From Balanoglossus misakiensis (lineage: Eukaryota > Animalia > Hemichordata), in contig CM082579.2 of the NCBI GenBank assembly GCA_040954595.2, positions 9,041,625 to 9,105,624 of the forward strand: a stretch of 64,000 bases of DNA, in the 5' to 3' direction. Below the pieces are notes generated by a model, which saw only the letters and a list, made by a program, of their open reading frames with translations, ran no database searches and was not told the origin of the DNA. Both the position numbers and the translations under genes were made by a program. Positions 22,220 through 34,300 of the stretch are shown here, in pieces. The first letter of the stretch is position 1, and every line of letters starts with the position of its first letter.

Positions 22220-25200
22220 CTACTCCACATCCACCGTTGATACCCGGGACGCTATGCTACACATATTGCCGCCAATCTTGATGTGAAGATATCCACTCAG
22301 TCCCCACGAGGGACCCCACGAATTCCTCACAATGTAGTAGGGAATCTCCCCTGAAAAGAAAATGTAAAAATTCCAAAGAAACGGAAAAACACATAGATAC
22401 ACTATATTTCATGGAAGACTCTATTTACAGCTTTCGATATTGCCAACACCCCCATCCCCATCCCACCCACATTCCTGTGATTTTAGGTTACTATACAATA
22501 AAGCTTATCTCAATTTTAACATTAAAATTTAAAGGTATACGGTCACCACTAATTTACATATGTTTATATGTGGTCAAAAGGGTGTGTATAAGTCTTCAAA
22601 TGACCATGTGGTGGTGCATTTTTTTCTGCACCTGCCATCCACTGAAAATCTGTGATTGGCTGTATTTGAATTTCCATGGTAACACTGGTTAATTGTGCAT
22701 GGTTGATCGTGTACCTTTAATTCTGTTCTTAGTCATGGTTTCTTTGTTGCAAAATGCCCACATCAAATTCCGATGAGAAGGTCTATCAGTCAAATCGTTA
22801 CTGAGGAAAGAATCCGTTCTCTCCACCACGCTCACCTGTCGTGTCGTATCCGACGATTTGCACGGCGTGATTGTACGAATGATGCGTGCAGTGATGCTGG
22901 ATGATGCCACCGAGGTAATCTTGCCAACTGGTGGCATCGACAGCGACGACGAGGGAACCGTTATTGTAAAGAGCCTCAACCATCTTCGTTTCATTGGCCA
23001 CATATCTGCAGAGATACCAGAAGAAAGTCTAAACGACGCTATCACGATCAAATTCACCACACAGCGCGGGTTTCAATGTCAGCACTAGGTCCTACAACAA
23101 AAGATGGCAACCAAGTTCAGCTAATGTAAAGCACAAATTTCACGCAATGTCACAGAAGGATTTGTCAGATATGTTGTTACAATATGCCCTTGGCAGAGTT
23201 ATGGTAGCACTGGAAGACAGAAGAATATAAACTTACGATTTACATGTGTAGGACTTTATTCTAACACCACCTGTAGTGCTGAAAGAGATAATTACAAGAG
23301 ATGTTAGCTGCTGGACATGTCGCTTTTGTTATCAAAAAACAACAACGTGAATACAATAAGGAACAGAAGGATTCCTTTGCCATGTTGCAATGTCCTTCCA
23401 CTGTGAAAGGAAGAGGCAAATTTGTCTCTGAGATGGACAGTAGTATAGTCATAAGTTCTTGACATTTTTCCGGTATTTTTATTCAGCATGATCGTGTAGA
23501 GCATGACTCTGTGAATTGATACACAAGACAAAGAGAGGAATTATCAAGGGCTACAGTGCCTTTGAACAAGTAACCTTCAAACAGGCACTGCACCCCAACT
23601 TGTATTTGACCTTTCGGTTGGCACAAGATGAAAAGGATACAAGAGTCTTTGAGCGCTTTTGTCAGGCAATGATGTTTAATTCGGTAGTCACTTACAGACT
23701 ATACCCACCCTCTCTGAAAAAAAAAAATCAAAGTCGCTGTGCAACTCACTTCACCATTCTGCAATTGCCGGTCTTCGCCACAAACGGATATTTCCTCTCT
23801 TCTACCACACCGACCTTGGTGCCCTCGAGCCATTTCATGGTGTTGCAGGTGTCCCCTCCTTTGCAGCCGTTGTCGGTGACGTCGCAGTCAATGAGCTGCT
23901 GTGAACTGAGCGTCTTCAACGGTCCGCCTTTCAAGACTCGCTTTGTCGCCATACCCTCCACGGTACTGAAGGCCCTGCCAAATAAACATGATATTCCGAA
24001 ATGTAACACGTGCCAAAATCACTCTTTTTCCCATCTGTGTTATGCATCCTTCCCTGTCTTTCCCTTAGTGTGTATATCATAAAAAGGACCCAGAAAAAAA
24101 TATCTTTGGAGGTTTTAGTCATGAATGCACACCTAACGTTTAATTTGCAAGATTGGTCACTGAGGGCGCTCTTTGCATTTCCCTCTCTCACATGAAGAAG
24201 TGTACAATCTCGCAGTTTATGTACATTTAGAGGATAATGTATGCCCTGAAGACCCATAATGGACTTAAGCACACATTGTGCGACATAATGTACTCGACTT
24301 GATCTCATACATTATGGAGTACAATGTGTGCTTTCGTCCATTATGGGTCTTCGGGGCGTACATTATCCTCTAAATATTACAGCATCATCATGATTCGATG
24401 ATTCAGTGTTGTACTCACCAACATCCTCCACACTGCGCAAAAAAAGGAAAAAAAAAACAGAAGAAAAACGATTAGCAACTAGGAGGGCTAAATCAAATGA
24501 CATTGACCAGCACCCAACAAAAAAAAAAAACGTTTTGTTAATTTGGAGTGCATATATCGATGGGCGTAGACAAGGGGTTAATCAAGTTGATCTGAGGTAA
24601 AGCTGGTGCACAACATGTACCGTGCAACTTCTCAGAGATATCCATGAGCAAATTTGCCTAGAAATGCATAGATGAAGAGGAACTCACCGTTTTCTGATCT
24701 CGTACAGGTGTCACAGCATTCAAATCTCTCCTGTGGGAGAAAGCCAAACATAAGTTACAACATCAGAGTGCCAGTTTTCATGATTAGCTCACAGGATGCA
24801 AACTGGTAAATGGTTACTATAATACAGCCAAGTGGCATGTTTAAAATAAGTCTACAGTCTCCACTGTCTGTAATATTTTAAACCTGCACATTGTACAGTT
24901 GGGGCAAAACATTTATTTGCGTCAGAGAGGCAATCTTTTAGATCTCCAGTAATTTCATCCTAGGTTAATGCTGTACTGAGATATCTATACTTACAGATCG
25001 TATTTTGGGGGAATATCCTCAGACAATTTGAAGAACTCAGCCGGCTTGAGACTGACAATGCTTGATGCTTTGTTAGGCTGCAGTGTCAGATATTGCTGTT
25101 TGAATTCCTCTGGTGTGAGGTCTGAGAACTGCGTCAGTCCATACAACGCTGTGCCAGTCTGGTTGTTCGAGAAGCTGTTCAATCTGCTGATTCGGCGCAG

Positions 25201-26461
25201 ACTTTCCTGGGGACACACAGTGAACCACAAAACATGGAATATTTAAGCAATAAAACACCCCCAGCCATGGTATACCACGAGATTTTGACCAGTTCACGAC
25301 ATATACGCACGAGCGATAGCGAGTGCGTATATGGAGTTGAACTGGTCAAAATCGAGTGGTATACCATGGCTGGGGGTGTTTTATTGCTATTATATTATGC
25401 CAGTATATTGAAACTTTGCATAAAACATTTTAAAAAGGCATTTTCTTTGACTATGATATATGACTGTGGTATATGGCTAATATATCAAGGTCACGTGTCA
25501 TGTCTCGACCAATCAAATAGCGTGATTTACACTATCAATATACTGGTATAATATAATATTGATTATATTATACCAGTATATTGATGGTGTAAATCACGCT
25601 ATTTGATTGGTCGAGACACGACACGTGACCGTGATATATTAGCCATATACCACAGTCATATATCATAGTTAAAGAAAATGCCTTTTTAAAATGTTTTATG
25701 CAAAGTTTCAATATACTGGCATAATATAATAGCAATAAAACACCCCCAGCCATGGTATACCACTCGATTTTGACCAGTTCAACTCCATATGGCATATACA
25801 TGTCGTATATGTCGTATATGTCGTGAACTGGTCAAAATCTCGTGATATACCATGGCTGGGGGTGTTTTATTGCTTAAACGAATAACACATTTGAGTAGAA
25901 GTATTTGAAAAAATATAAGGGACATGTGTTTGCACTACGTCATGGAATAATACACTTATAATACAATTCACTTTAACTGTAAATCAATGGAAAAGACTTT
26001 CTGCACGGGCCTTCTGCAAGTCTTAGGGGGGAGGGGTCGATAACTGCAGCCAGTTCCGGGACCGAAGTATTATGTGTCTGGGATCGCGCACGTATCGGAT
26101 GGCGAATAAATATTATATATGCCACAAAATGATGTGATTCTACCCTCCAATCATGGACGTAAAAAGAGAGGATGTTTTCTTCTTCTTCTTCTTCAAATAG
26201 ACGAATATCTTGCCTAGTGCAATACATGTATTATAGACAAAATGGTATTGCCCGTACACCTACCTGAAACACCCGGAAGCGCTTTTCGTAATCGATTGTT
26301 CCCTTAATGTACGGTTTTCGGTGCTCCGAAATAAAATTTTGGAAAAGTATTTCTTCGGTGGAGACTGTATTTTTCACTTCGCCTAACGAACACAATATAC
26401 AACTGAATAAAACAGCGAAAATTGTTAACACGCTCGTCGAACTCCTCGACTCGTACGCCAT
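22220..26461 (-). CDS. CTSO: Cathepsin O-like papain-family (C1A) cysteine protease (about 344 aa, 8 exons)
   Basis: Exons 26461-26264, 25206-24995, 24730-24688, 24432-24419, 23974-23750, 23278-23237, 23005-22836, 22350-22220. Hydrophobic signal peptide, I29-type propeptide (YGLTQFSDLTPEEF), catalytic QKTCGGCWAFS, NHAV and RNSWG. WQDYLGGIIQHHC is characteristic of cathepsin O. Confidence 0.93.
22529..22688. mobile_element. TTAAAGG-ended repeat, family B (carries X-box-like plus CCAAT module); copies at 53745-53914 (inverted), about 42228-42330, and an end at 19008
   Basis: ttaaaggtatacggtcac...gaaaatctgtgattggctgtatttgaatttccatggtaac; the reverse complement aligns with 53755-53914 (gttaccatggcaaattgagatctagccaatcccagattttcagtgg...gtgactgtatacctttaa). 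Confidence 0.75.
24225..24375. repeat. About 150-bp palindromic MITE-like hairpin in CTSO intron 4
   Basis: atttagaggataatgtatgccctgaagacccataatggac...gtccattatgggtcttcggggcgtacattatcctctaaat. Confidence 0.88.
25242..25878. repeat. 637-bp nested palindrome (inverted dimer of a hairpin-bearing MITE) in CTSO intron 1
   Basis: tttaagcaataaaacacccccagccatgg... and ...ccatggctgggggtgttttattgcttaaa; arms are near-identical around a centre at about 25560, and each arm contains its own ~145-bp hairpin. Confidence 0.92.
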
Positions 26462-26591
26462 GATTGTAGCCTGGCCTCCTTATGCTGATGGTATTACTTG
26501 AGACCGCCTAAGTCACTTATTTTAATCATAAAGCGTATCTATCTATCTATCTACCTGTCTGTCTGTCTGTCTGTCTACCTATCTGTCTATC

Positions 26592-26644
26592 TGTTTACAA
26601 AAGCTAAAAAAAACAAGTAAAATGCCGCGTATACGTCACGTGAC
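26592..26644 (-). promoter_or_regulatory. CTSO promoter: CLEAR-type E-box GTCACGTGAC and FOXO-type TGTTTAC
   Basis: GTCACGTGAC at 26635-26644, about 175 bp upstream of the ATG; TGTTTAC at 26592-26598. GTCACGTGAC is the TFEB/MITF CLEAR consensus of lysosomal genes. Confidence 0.65.
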
Positions 26645-28169
26645 ATGATATAACAAAGGCACCAATACATAGCTGTTACTTTTGACAACTTTTAGTATTT
26701 TTTTCTCGCTATTTAAAAACATGAAATACAGATAGTGATGAATATGCTGTACCGTGCACCCCCGCCCGGCCGCCAGTTGTGCGCCATCTTTAATAGGACG
26801 TTATTGAAACAGTTCAAATAGTTTTTGTGATTTTTATAATCTGTACATGCTCTGTCGACTATTGAGGTCAATTTTACGCTTTTCCCCGGCCGCCTCAGTC
26901 GGGATTCGCACCAAAGCGCAGACATTAGTTACAAATCAAACCCATTTGACTACCAGTTGAAAAACATATTGGACTGTTTTGTCCTTTGAATTTTTTTCTG
27001 GTGAACCGGGTCGGCCGTGGCAACCATTCACCCCCCAAAATAATGAACCGCTTTTGAATCGCGTGCACACAGGGCACATAGGCCTATACTAAATTCAGAA
27101 GATAGGTATTTACATGTCTGCAAACTAATTATTGTCGCAGTCTCCAATGTCATCATGACCAGACGATAAGTAATTTGCTTGCGTGACGCGATGTTTGTAC
27201 GTTTTTTTTCTAAATTGACAGAGTGTTGGGAAGCGAATTACTCCATTGCATTCATTCAGTGGTTTCGCCGTGGTATCGAGTCGTGTAGCGGGGCCAGCAA
27301 TTCATGTAATACCAACTACTAGTACAATACATCATTACAGATCTTGTCAGCTGAACACTCTTCTGCTCGCTATAATACTGCGCCAATGCCGCGACCAAAG
27401 GAGAAGTGAGGGGCCGCTGTACATGCGACATTGTTTGCCAGCGATAAAGGGAGAAGTTTGAGAACATCGCAATATTCGTGCAGGTAAACTAATATTTATG
27501 GTCGTATATATATATGTTATATTGAATCACGTATGCACTTGTATCATACCATTGGGAACAGGAAAGACATACTGGTTACCCCAGTTCATGTTTCATATCG
27601 CTCTGCCATTTACGTGAACTGTGGAAAATCCAGGCTGCATGTTTAAATGTATTTTGAAAAGGTGCACGGCGCAACGGGGTTTAGGTACGTCTATAGGCCT
27701 ACTGTGAGCACGTTCCTGCATTGTCGCTGAAGACCAACATGTAAGACTATATCTTCTGTTCCGTGTTATTTCGCTCAGAGCGTCATTGTTGCTCAAAATT
27801 GAATTGCTAGCGCAGTTTTATGTCGCATGGAAACGGCTTACAAGCAATTCATATGAACCCCCTTAATAGATAATGAAGGTCGCTGTACACTTTTTAATGG
27901 TTCTCGGTTAATTCCAATATTCACCGTCATCCATTCTGGCTCGGTAGGTTCTCGATGCATCGCGACCGCGGCCGCCAGACGACAATTTGACTGGTCACGG
28001 CAAGTGATTCCTATTTTGCGTGACGTACGTGCGCAGTCCAAAAACGAAGTGAAAGCACCAATCTGTGCACATCTGAATCGTCTGTTTGCTAATTCAATTT
28101 TCGTGGGATACGGTTTGTGAAGGCGAAGGAAATCATTGTCTGCATGTATAGTGGGAGTCGTTTGTGTTC

Positions 28170-31100
28170 GTTGCCATGGTTGCGACCTGCTCCGGCTAAT
28201 ATTACACTTATCGGTTTTGTGTCTGAAATACGGTGGGTCCCCACAACGCTATGGCTGTTTCTGAAGAAGACAAAACAAAATCGCTTGTATATGGAAAGAA
28301 AATTATTTCGAGATTCAGTCATCTATGCAATCATTTCATAAATTTCCGGCATCAGCCCTCACCTAGGGCTAGTGTCACGCCGATTTCATTAGAGGCCGCC
28401 GGCGTACGCTCCTATTATCGACTTCTTTCATCTGAGGTAGATTACTTTGGAAGCGAGGATACGGATTCTGGTTTATTATAAAGTAATAAGAAATTGCTTT
28501 TCAATTTCAATTGCCCAGCCAATTCACGTTTTCGTCAGCCGCGTCGAAGGCAGACGCATTTGCTCATTCAGCGCGAATGCCCACATCGATTTGTTCCATA
28601 GAAACGCTTGGTTCTCTCCCGGCTGCACGTGACAAATACTGTTTCTTTCACGTTTTCGCGAACAATTACAAATCTGAGCTGATTGACGCTTGTTCAGCCA
28701 GTTTAACTCTTAATCACGTACATGCATTTATCTGTTTTTTCGTCAGGGGGTCGGGCAATGTCCGGGCATGTAATTATAACATCCACACGCGCGCGTGGTG
28801 TCAAACTTGAGAATCTCGAGGATTGCGCGTCGACACTCGTAAATTGCGCAAAAGTGTGGAGTAAGCCCAAGCATGTAAGTGTGTGAAAAAAAGGGAGCAG
28901 AATGTGGAATGACGTCGGAAAAACTAACTATTGCTAAAGTGGTTGCTAGGCAGCCGCTACAATTGACCATCATTGAATTGGCAACCTGGGCTATTGAATC
29001 GGTCAGAAGCGTGCACGCGCGTTGCTGCCTTGGACAATGCATAACATACTGGTATATGGGTAAGCCGCGGATTATCAACGAGTTGTCTCCTCTGCGCATC
29101 TCCGCCACACCGGTGTAGCTATTTGATTTAAGGATTTACGTCGTCTTCTTTAATTCGGTTTCCACGGAGGTGCGCGGTGCACCACGGGACGTAATATCTT
29201 ATTTCAATTAATGGGTTTGGATCGGAGCTGCCGTGCGTTTGTTCGGTAGGGTGTCCAGTCACCCGAAAACCATTCTAATCGAGTCGAAACGACGGCAAAA
29301 CAAGCACTTAAAAACCTCTCTCTCTGATATTTAAATCCCGTCACAGATTTTATCAAATCAAATATCATGGCAACAGCCGTTCACCGAACTGGAAACAGTC
29401 TTCACATAGAGGTGGATATGCAGAGCGTGTTAACTGCGAGGAGAAGGAGGGAGTATCGAAGAAGGGAAGGACAGCTGTCTGACGATGGACCGACGTTAAC
29501 ATCGGTATGTTACGTTTGACTTAATTTGATTTCTGTGCGACTACACACGATCAGCTCATCTTCCCATGCCTGAGAAAAGTTGGCGCATTCACGCATTAAG
29601 CCTATTCAATCGTAAACGACAGTAGACGGAATGGAGTACTAGTATCATACATTGTACCTTAAAATTCTGGCCATGTGAGCCGCTCAATTGTGATTTGATT
29701 GGACTGGATTTTTGTATCAAAGCGAAGGATGCCTTCAAAATTTGAAAAATGTCTCCGATATCATTCCAAAATTTCCAACTTGGCAATTTCTTGACTTTAT
29801 CATTGCGACAAAGTTGAGCTCAGTCTGACGGAAATTGCGTAAGATTTCGTCCTAAACTGTAAATTTTTATCGATCCCTGACGTTTCATTCATTCATCCAT
29901 TCATTCATTCATTCATTCATCACGCAAAATTCTTCGATTGGCTTGATCTCAACTTGCCATGGTAATCGTAGGACATAAGCTCATCACCTGTTCGTACACG
30001 CTATTGTCGCATTAGGCCGACCAGGTCACGTGCACTAACACTTTAAGTATTTCATTTCCGTGGCGTTTGCAATTGGTACACGTGAATTATCTGAGATCAG
30101 CTTAGATTGCCATCAAAATAAGCGCAATGATTACCAGTGTTAAGGCTATGGACGCACTATTGACACACTGCATTTTCAAATATTCATTACGAAACCACCG
30201 CCAAATTTGTTTTTCAATAATTTGTTTATCTTTGTACAGTTAATTTACAATCAGGCATATTTAAATATTTTTATGATGTTAATTGTTCTTTTTTAATGAT
30301 TAAGCTATCTTATAGCTTAATTATTTGCTTGTTTTGTTTTTTACTATGATCACCACTGAGTCGTGATTAAGAGCCTAAAACCGCACATGCCCATTTTCTC
30401 AAAGTAAAAAAAAATGTTCGCGCTGTTATTCAACAAGTTGCCTGTGGTGACCAGGGCCAGTTACATTGGGTACATCCACATGTAAATGGCGGCAGAAGCT
30501 TAGCTACCAGGGGAAATCTGGATTTTAATAATATTTCGCGTATCCACTTCCAACGAGGCTCGGACTGCAGTTTGCGTGTAACGGCCTAAAAACGAAAGGC
30601 GTCCAAAGATTTCCCCTTATCTCAAGCGGCGCTTGTTTTCATTACTGCGCATGTGTGAAATTCCAGCTCGCCATTGCATCGGCGAGGTTTGTTTTGAATC
30701 CGTGAGTGGATGACATTGTAAAATATTGGAAAATTCAACAAGTAGAAATGAAGGTAGGATAAATTTAAATTGAATTTCAACCAAAATACCGAAATCCCCA
30801 AGAATTACTGCCTACAGAATATAGTAAAGTCAAACTTCCCACTCAACAGCACGATTTTAAAACTCCGTGGGTCGGAGTGGTTCTATCAATGGATGAATGT
30901 CTGGAATCACTCGATATCCAGACTCAGTAGCCGTGACATATACGTTCTGATACGGCTTAAATGGTATTTGACAGCATGGTATTCTTTCAGAGATGGAGTT
31001 TGGTGTTATTTGCCAAACGACAGAGACCAATGTGTCAGTACCGTAACCCATGGCATCGGCTTGTGGTCAGATGATGGATCGTCTGCTCGCGAGCTTGGTG

Positions 31101-31348
31101 ACCGGCGTCTCAAATCGTTGAAACTTGTCTGACTGATAGTCCCCCGGCTTTTACACCGTGCTAGTTTTGCCATTAACATGTCGTCTCTTGATACCTTCAT
31201 CCATCCGCGTGGCATAATAAATTGACCGCAAGTAATAAATGATGAGAACGCATGTCGCCCTACGGTCGTACATGCTGTGTGCAGTCCCTACACGCCCGCT
31301 TGTGTACGAGAATTACCATGGCAACGGTATGCGGCTTGCCATGACAGC
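28170..31348 (+). promoter_or_regulatory. Cluster of RFX X-box-like sites around the WDR19 5' end
   Basis: gttgccatggttgc at 28170, cttgccatggtaat at 29953, gttgcctgtggtgac at 30437, attaccatggcaac at 31312, cttgccatgacagc at 31335. The consensus GTNRCC-N0-3-RGYAAC is typical of ciliary genes; several sites carry mismatches. Confidence 0.6.
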
Positions 31349-34300
31349 ATAGCAGTGGAAGAAAATAGCCAAGATGAGAATATAATTCTATTTATGCCAG
31401 TTTAGTTTGAGATATTCTCTCGATCTTTTATTTATAAAAATTGAACATGTACAAGTGGTAGAATGAAATGTACAGGATTAACAATTTTACGATGAAGGCT
31501 AAAATTCTTTACACTTCCTTCTCATAAATGCTTATGTGAGTTAAATGTTTTAAAAACACCTGAACATTTTAAAGATATATAATGAAATTTAATACACATT
31601 ATAGACACGTAAATACATTTTGATAATTTTGCATCCATCCATCCATCTGCACAAATCCACATTTCTCATGGTCCCATCCAGTGATCCATCCATTCTTCTA
31701 GCCATACATCCATGCATACACATATCCTGTACATGTACATCTATAAGTACATACATATGTGGTATTTAAATAATAACACATGTTAGCGCAGGAAATATCA
31801 TGATTTTTAGCCTACACTAGGGACGGTGAACGATCTCTGACCATAATAATGATGATGCCCAAGCTGCAGACGAGGGTATCATCAATATTATGGTCAGGGA
31901 GCACCGGCCCGAGCATGACGTGTTTTTAGCTTTATTAATCTCCTTGGTAACACAAAATGCATTATTTTTTTCTAAAAAATATGTGATATCTTCAAAATGT
32001 TTCGAATTTGATGCATATATAGAAGAATTAGTATGAAAGAGTGTTTCCATATTGTACAATGTATGCAGTCAGCCGTATTCATTAAAAACATGTAACTCTA
32101 GCTCTGCCTGAAAACTGATATGAGTTAGCATATAGTTGATTTTAATGAGATTGTCATATTCCTGAAAAGAGAGGAAAAATTGTCTTGATTGTGCAGCCCC
32201 AGGCTGTTGAAAGCTTTGAATAAATTGACTTATACTGATGGTTTGATCAGATTGCAAGCATGTCGTATGTTGATAATGAGGAATTACCATGGCGATAGAA
32301 ATAATCATATTGGTGTGTTTGGGATGGGGCATTTTCTTCAAATGCATTGTTTGTGTTGAAAGTCATCATTGTTATGACTTGTATTGAATGTTAAAGAAAG
32401 CTTGATTATTGATTTTTAAAAGTTGATGAAATGATGAGTTATATTTTTAAAGTATAATAATGAGACGTTGCATTGAAGCGGTTGTTATCTGAGCTGAATC
32501 ACAAAGTCTTTTGTGTCATATGTTCAGGTGATCGTTTTTAGATCATGCCAAGAAAGGCTGAGATAGTACCTGGGAATTTTCTCTTTTTTGCCAGAAAATA
32601 CAATAATGAACGATGAAGCGACATTTTTTAATTGCAAAAAAAAAAAAAATCATCCAAGTCTCTTTTTCCCTTGTGTACGCAAATTGCTCTCTGCCACTTC
32701 AGAACTTAGTTTCAGAGCAAGAATGAAACAACGACACCGAAAGCCCCCAAAGGATGAACAAAAAATGGAAAATCCATGTAGACATTTTAGCGGTAACCCG
32801 ATCACTCTCAAACTTTTATGAAATTCTTTCAACTGCAGAAGAAGTCGCATCAATTATTTAGAGTGACGTACAGCAGTGGTTTCTCGATTGATCCCAGGAA
32901 ATTTGCTTGACTCCAGATTTTGATGGAAATTGCTCTGTAAATGTTTGATGTTGCTGAGGGACACATGATGATGATGACGATGATTGACAAGGCTTGTCAT
33001 GTGGATTCATCTGACTAAAGGCTATTCGTGATTGATTTGCAATGTTATTCTGTTTGAAAATGAAATCCATGGAGGTTTCATTTGATATTTTTCTGGCTTG
33101 GTCAGAGTATTTCATTTCATTATTTTTGTTGGCTGTTCAGTATACTTTTTGCAGTCTGTATCAGTGTTTCAGTTCATATAGTTTGGAAGCTATACAATTT
33201 CAGTTCTTGTTTATCATTGATTTTTTTTTCAGAGGGTATTTCATTTGTCCGACAAGACCCATGGCCATGGACCGATCCTCTTTGCTTGGCAGAACACACT
33301 GGGAAATTACCTGGCAACCACGGGTAGCAACCATGTGCTGAATATCTATGACAGACACGGGGAACTCAAAGATGAAATCAATTTACCTGGGTGAGTAATC
33401 AGAATCAGAATTAGTAGTTTCGTAATTTTATTGGTATTTTAAAAATGTTTTCCTGGGTTTTTTTTGTTTACTTTTTTTTTACTATCTGTTGATTGTAATG
33501 CTGTATGGCATATAAGTCATTTCAGTTTTTCAATTCTTTTACTACTTTAATTAGTAGTATTTTGCCTGCCAGTGTGTCTTCTAAGTTGTAACCAACATTG
33601 TTTTTTAAAAAACAGCCGTGAGTCAATTTGAGAATTTCTAAAGTTTTCTTCAAGGCATGCGCGTGGATGATTTGACTTGCTGCGTCACCTGTGAGTTTTG
33701 ATGGGCCAGTGGCGTGTCACATTGGCTTACTAAAAACTTGCCAATCATAATCATTTCCGATTTCCCCCCCCCCCCCCCCCCCCCCCCTGGTGTTAGAAAT
33801 TGCACCGGTCTCGGATGGGACCGGGACGGCGACACGCTGGCGGTCATCAACGACAAGAATGGAACCATCATTCTGTGGGACGCCAACACGCACAAGACAT
33901 CGCACCTGGACAGTGGCATGAAGGATCTGCTCACCTTCCTGCTGTGGTCCAAAGTCGGGCATCAGCTGTCGGTCGGCACCGCCAAGGGGAATCTTCTCAT
34001 TTATAACCACCAGACCTCAAGGTAGAGATTTGTTTAAATCTGTCACGCTCTGGCAGTGGATTTTAACTGCTGAGGGTGAGATGAAAATAACATGAAAATA
34101 AAAAGTCGCGTAAAATGTTTTTCGGAGATAACGATGCAGTAAAAATAAGAGAATGCGAAAATTAATCCTCGCGCGACAGTTACCTCCTTTGATATTGTGA
34201 AAATTTCCTGTCGCTAAAATAACCCGTTTTACAGTACATAATCTTTCTTCCTGTGGCTTCTGATTGCAGGAAAGTCCCCATCCTGGGCAAGCACTCCAAG

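Noticed and set aside
23696-23713. 18-nt exon-like segment in CTSO with a strong poly-T acceptor and GTAAGT donor
   Set aside because: It would need a 36-nt intron after exon 5; joined directly to exon 4 it creates TGA; the protein is complete without it. A poison-exon role cannot be excluded without RNA-seq.
25179-25801. Near-identical ORFs on opposite strands (YGVELVKIEWYTMAGGVLLL...)
   Set aside because: A by-product of the palindrome; not a gene pair.
25242-25878. Repeated ~40-bp motif that might suggest a CRISPR array
   Set aside because: The copies are inverted rather than direct, there are no unique spacers or cas genes, and the context is a eukaryotic intron.
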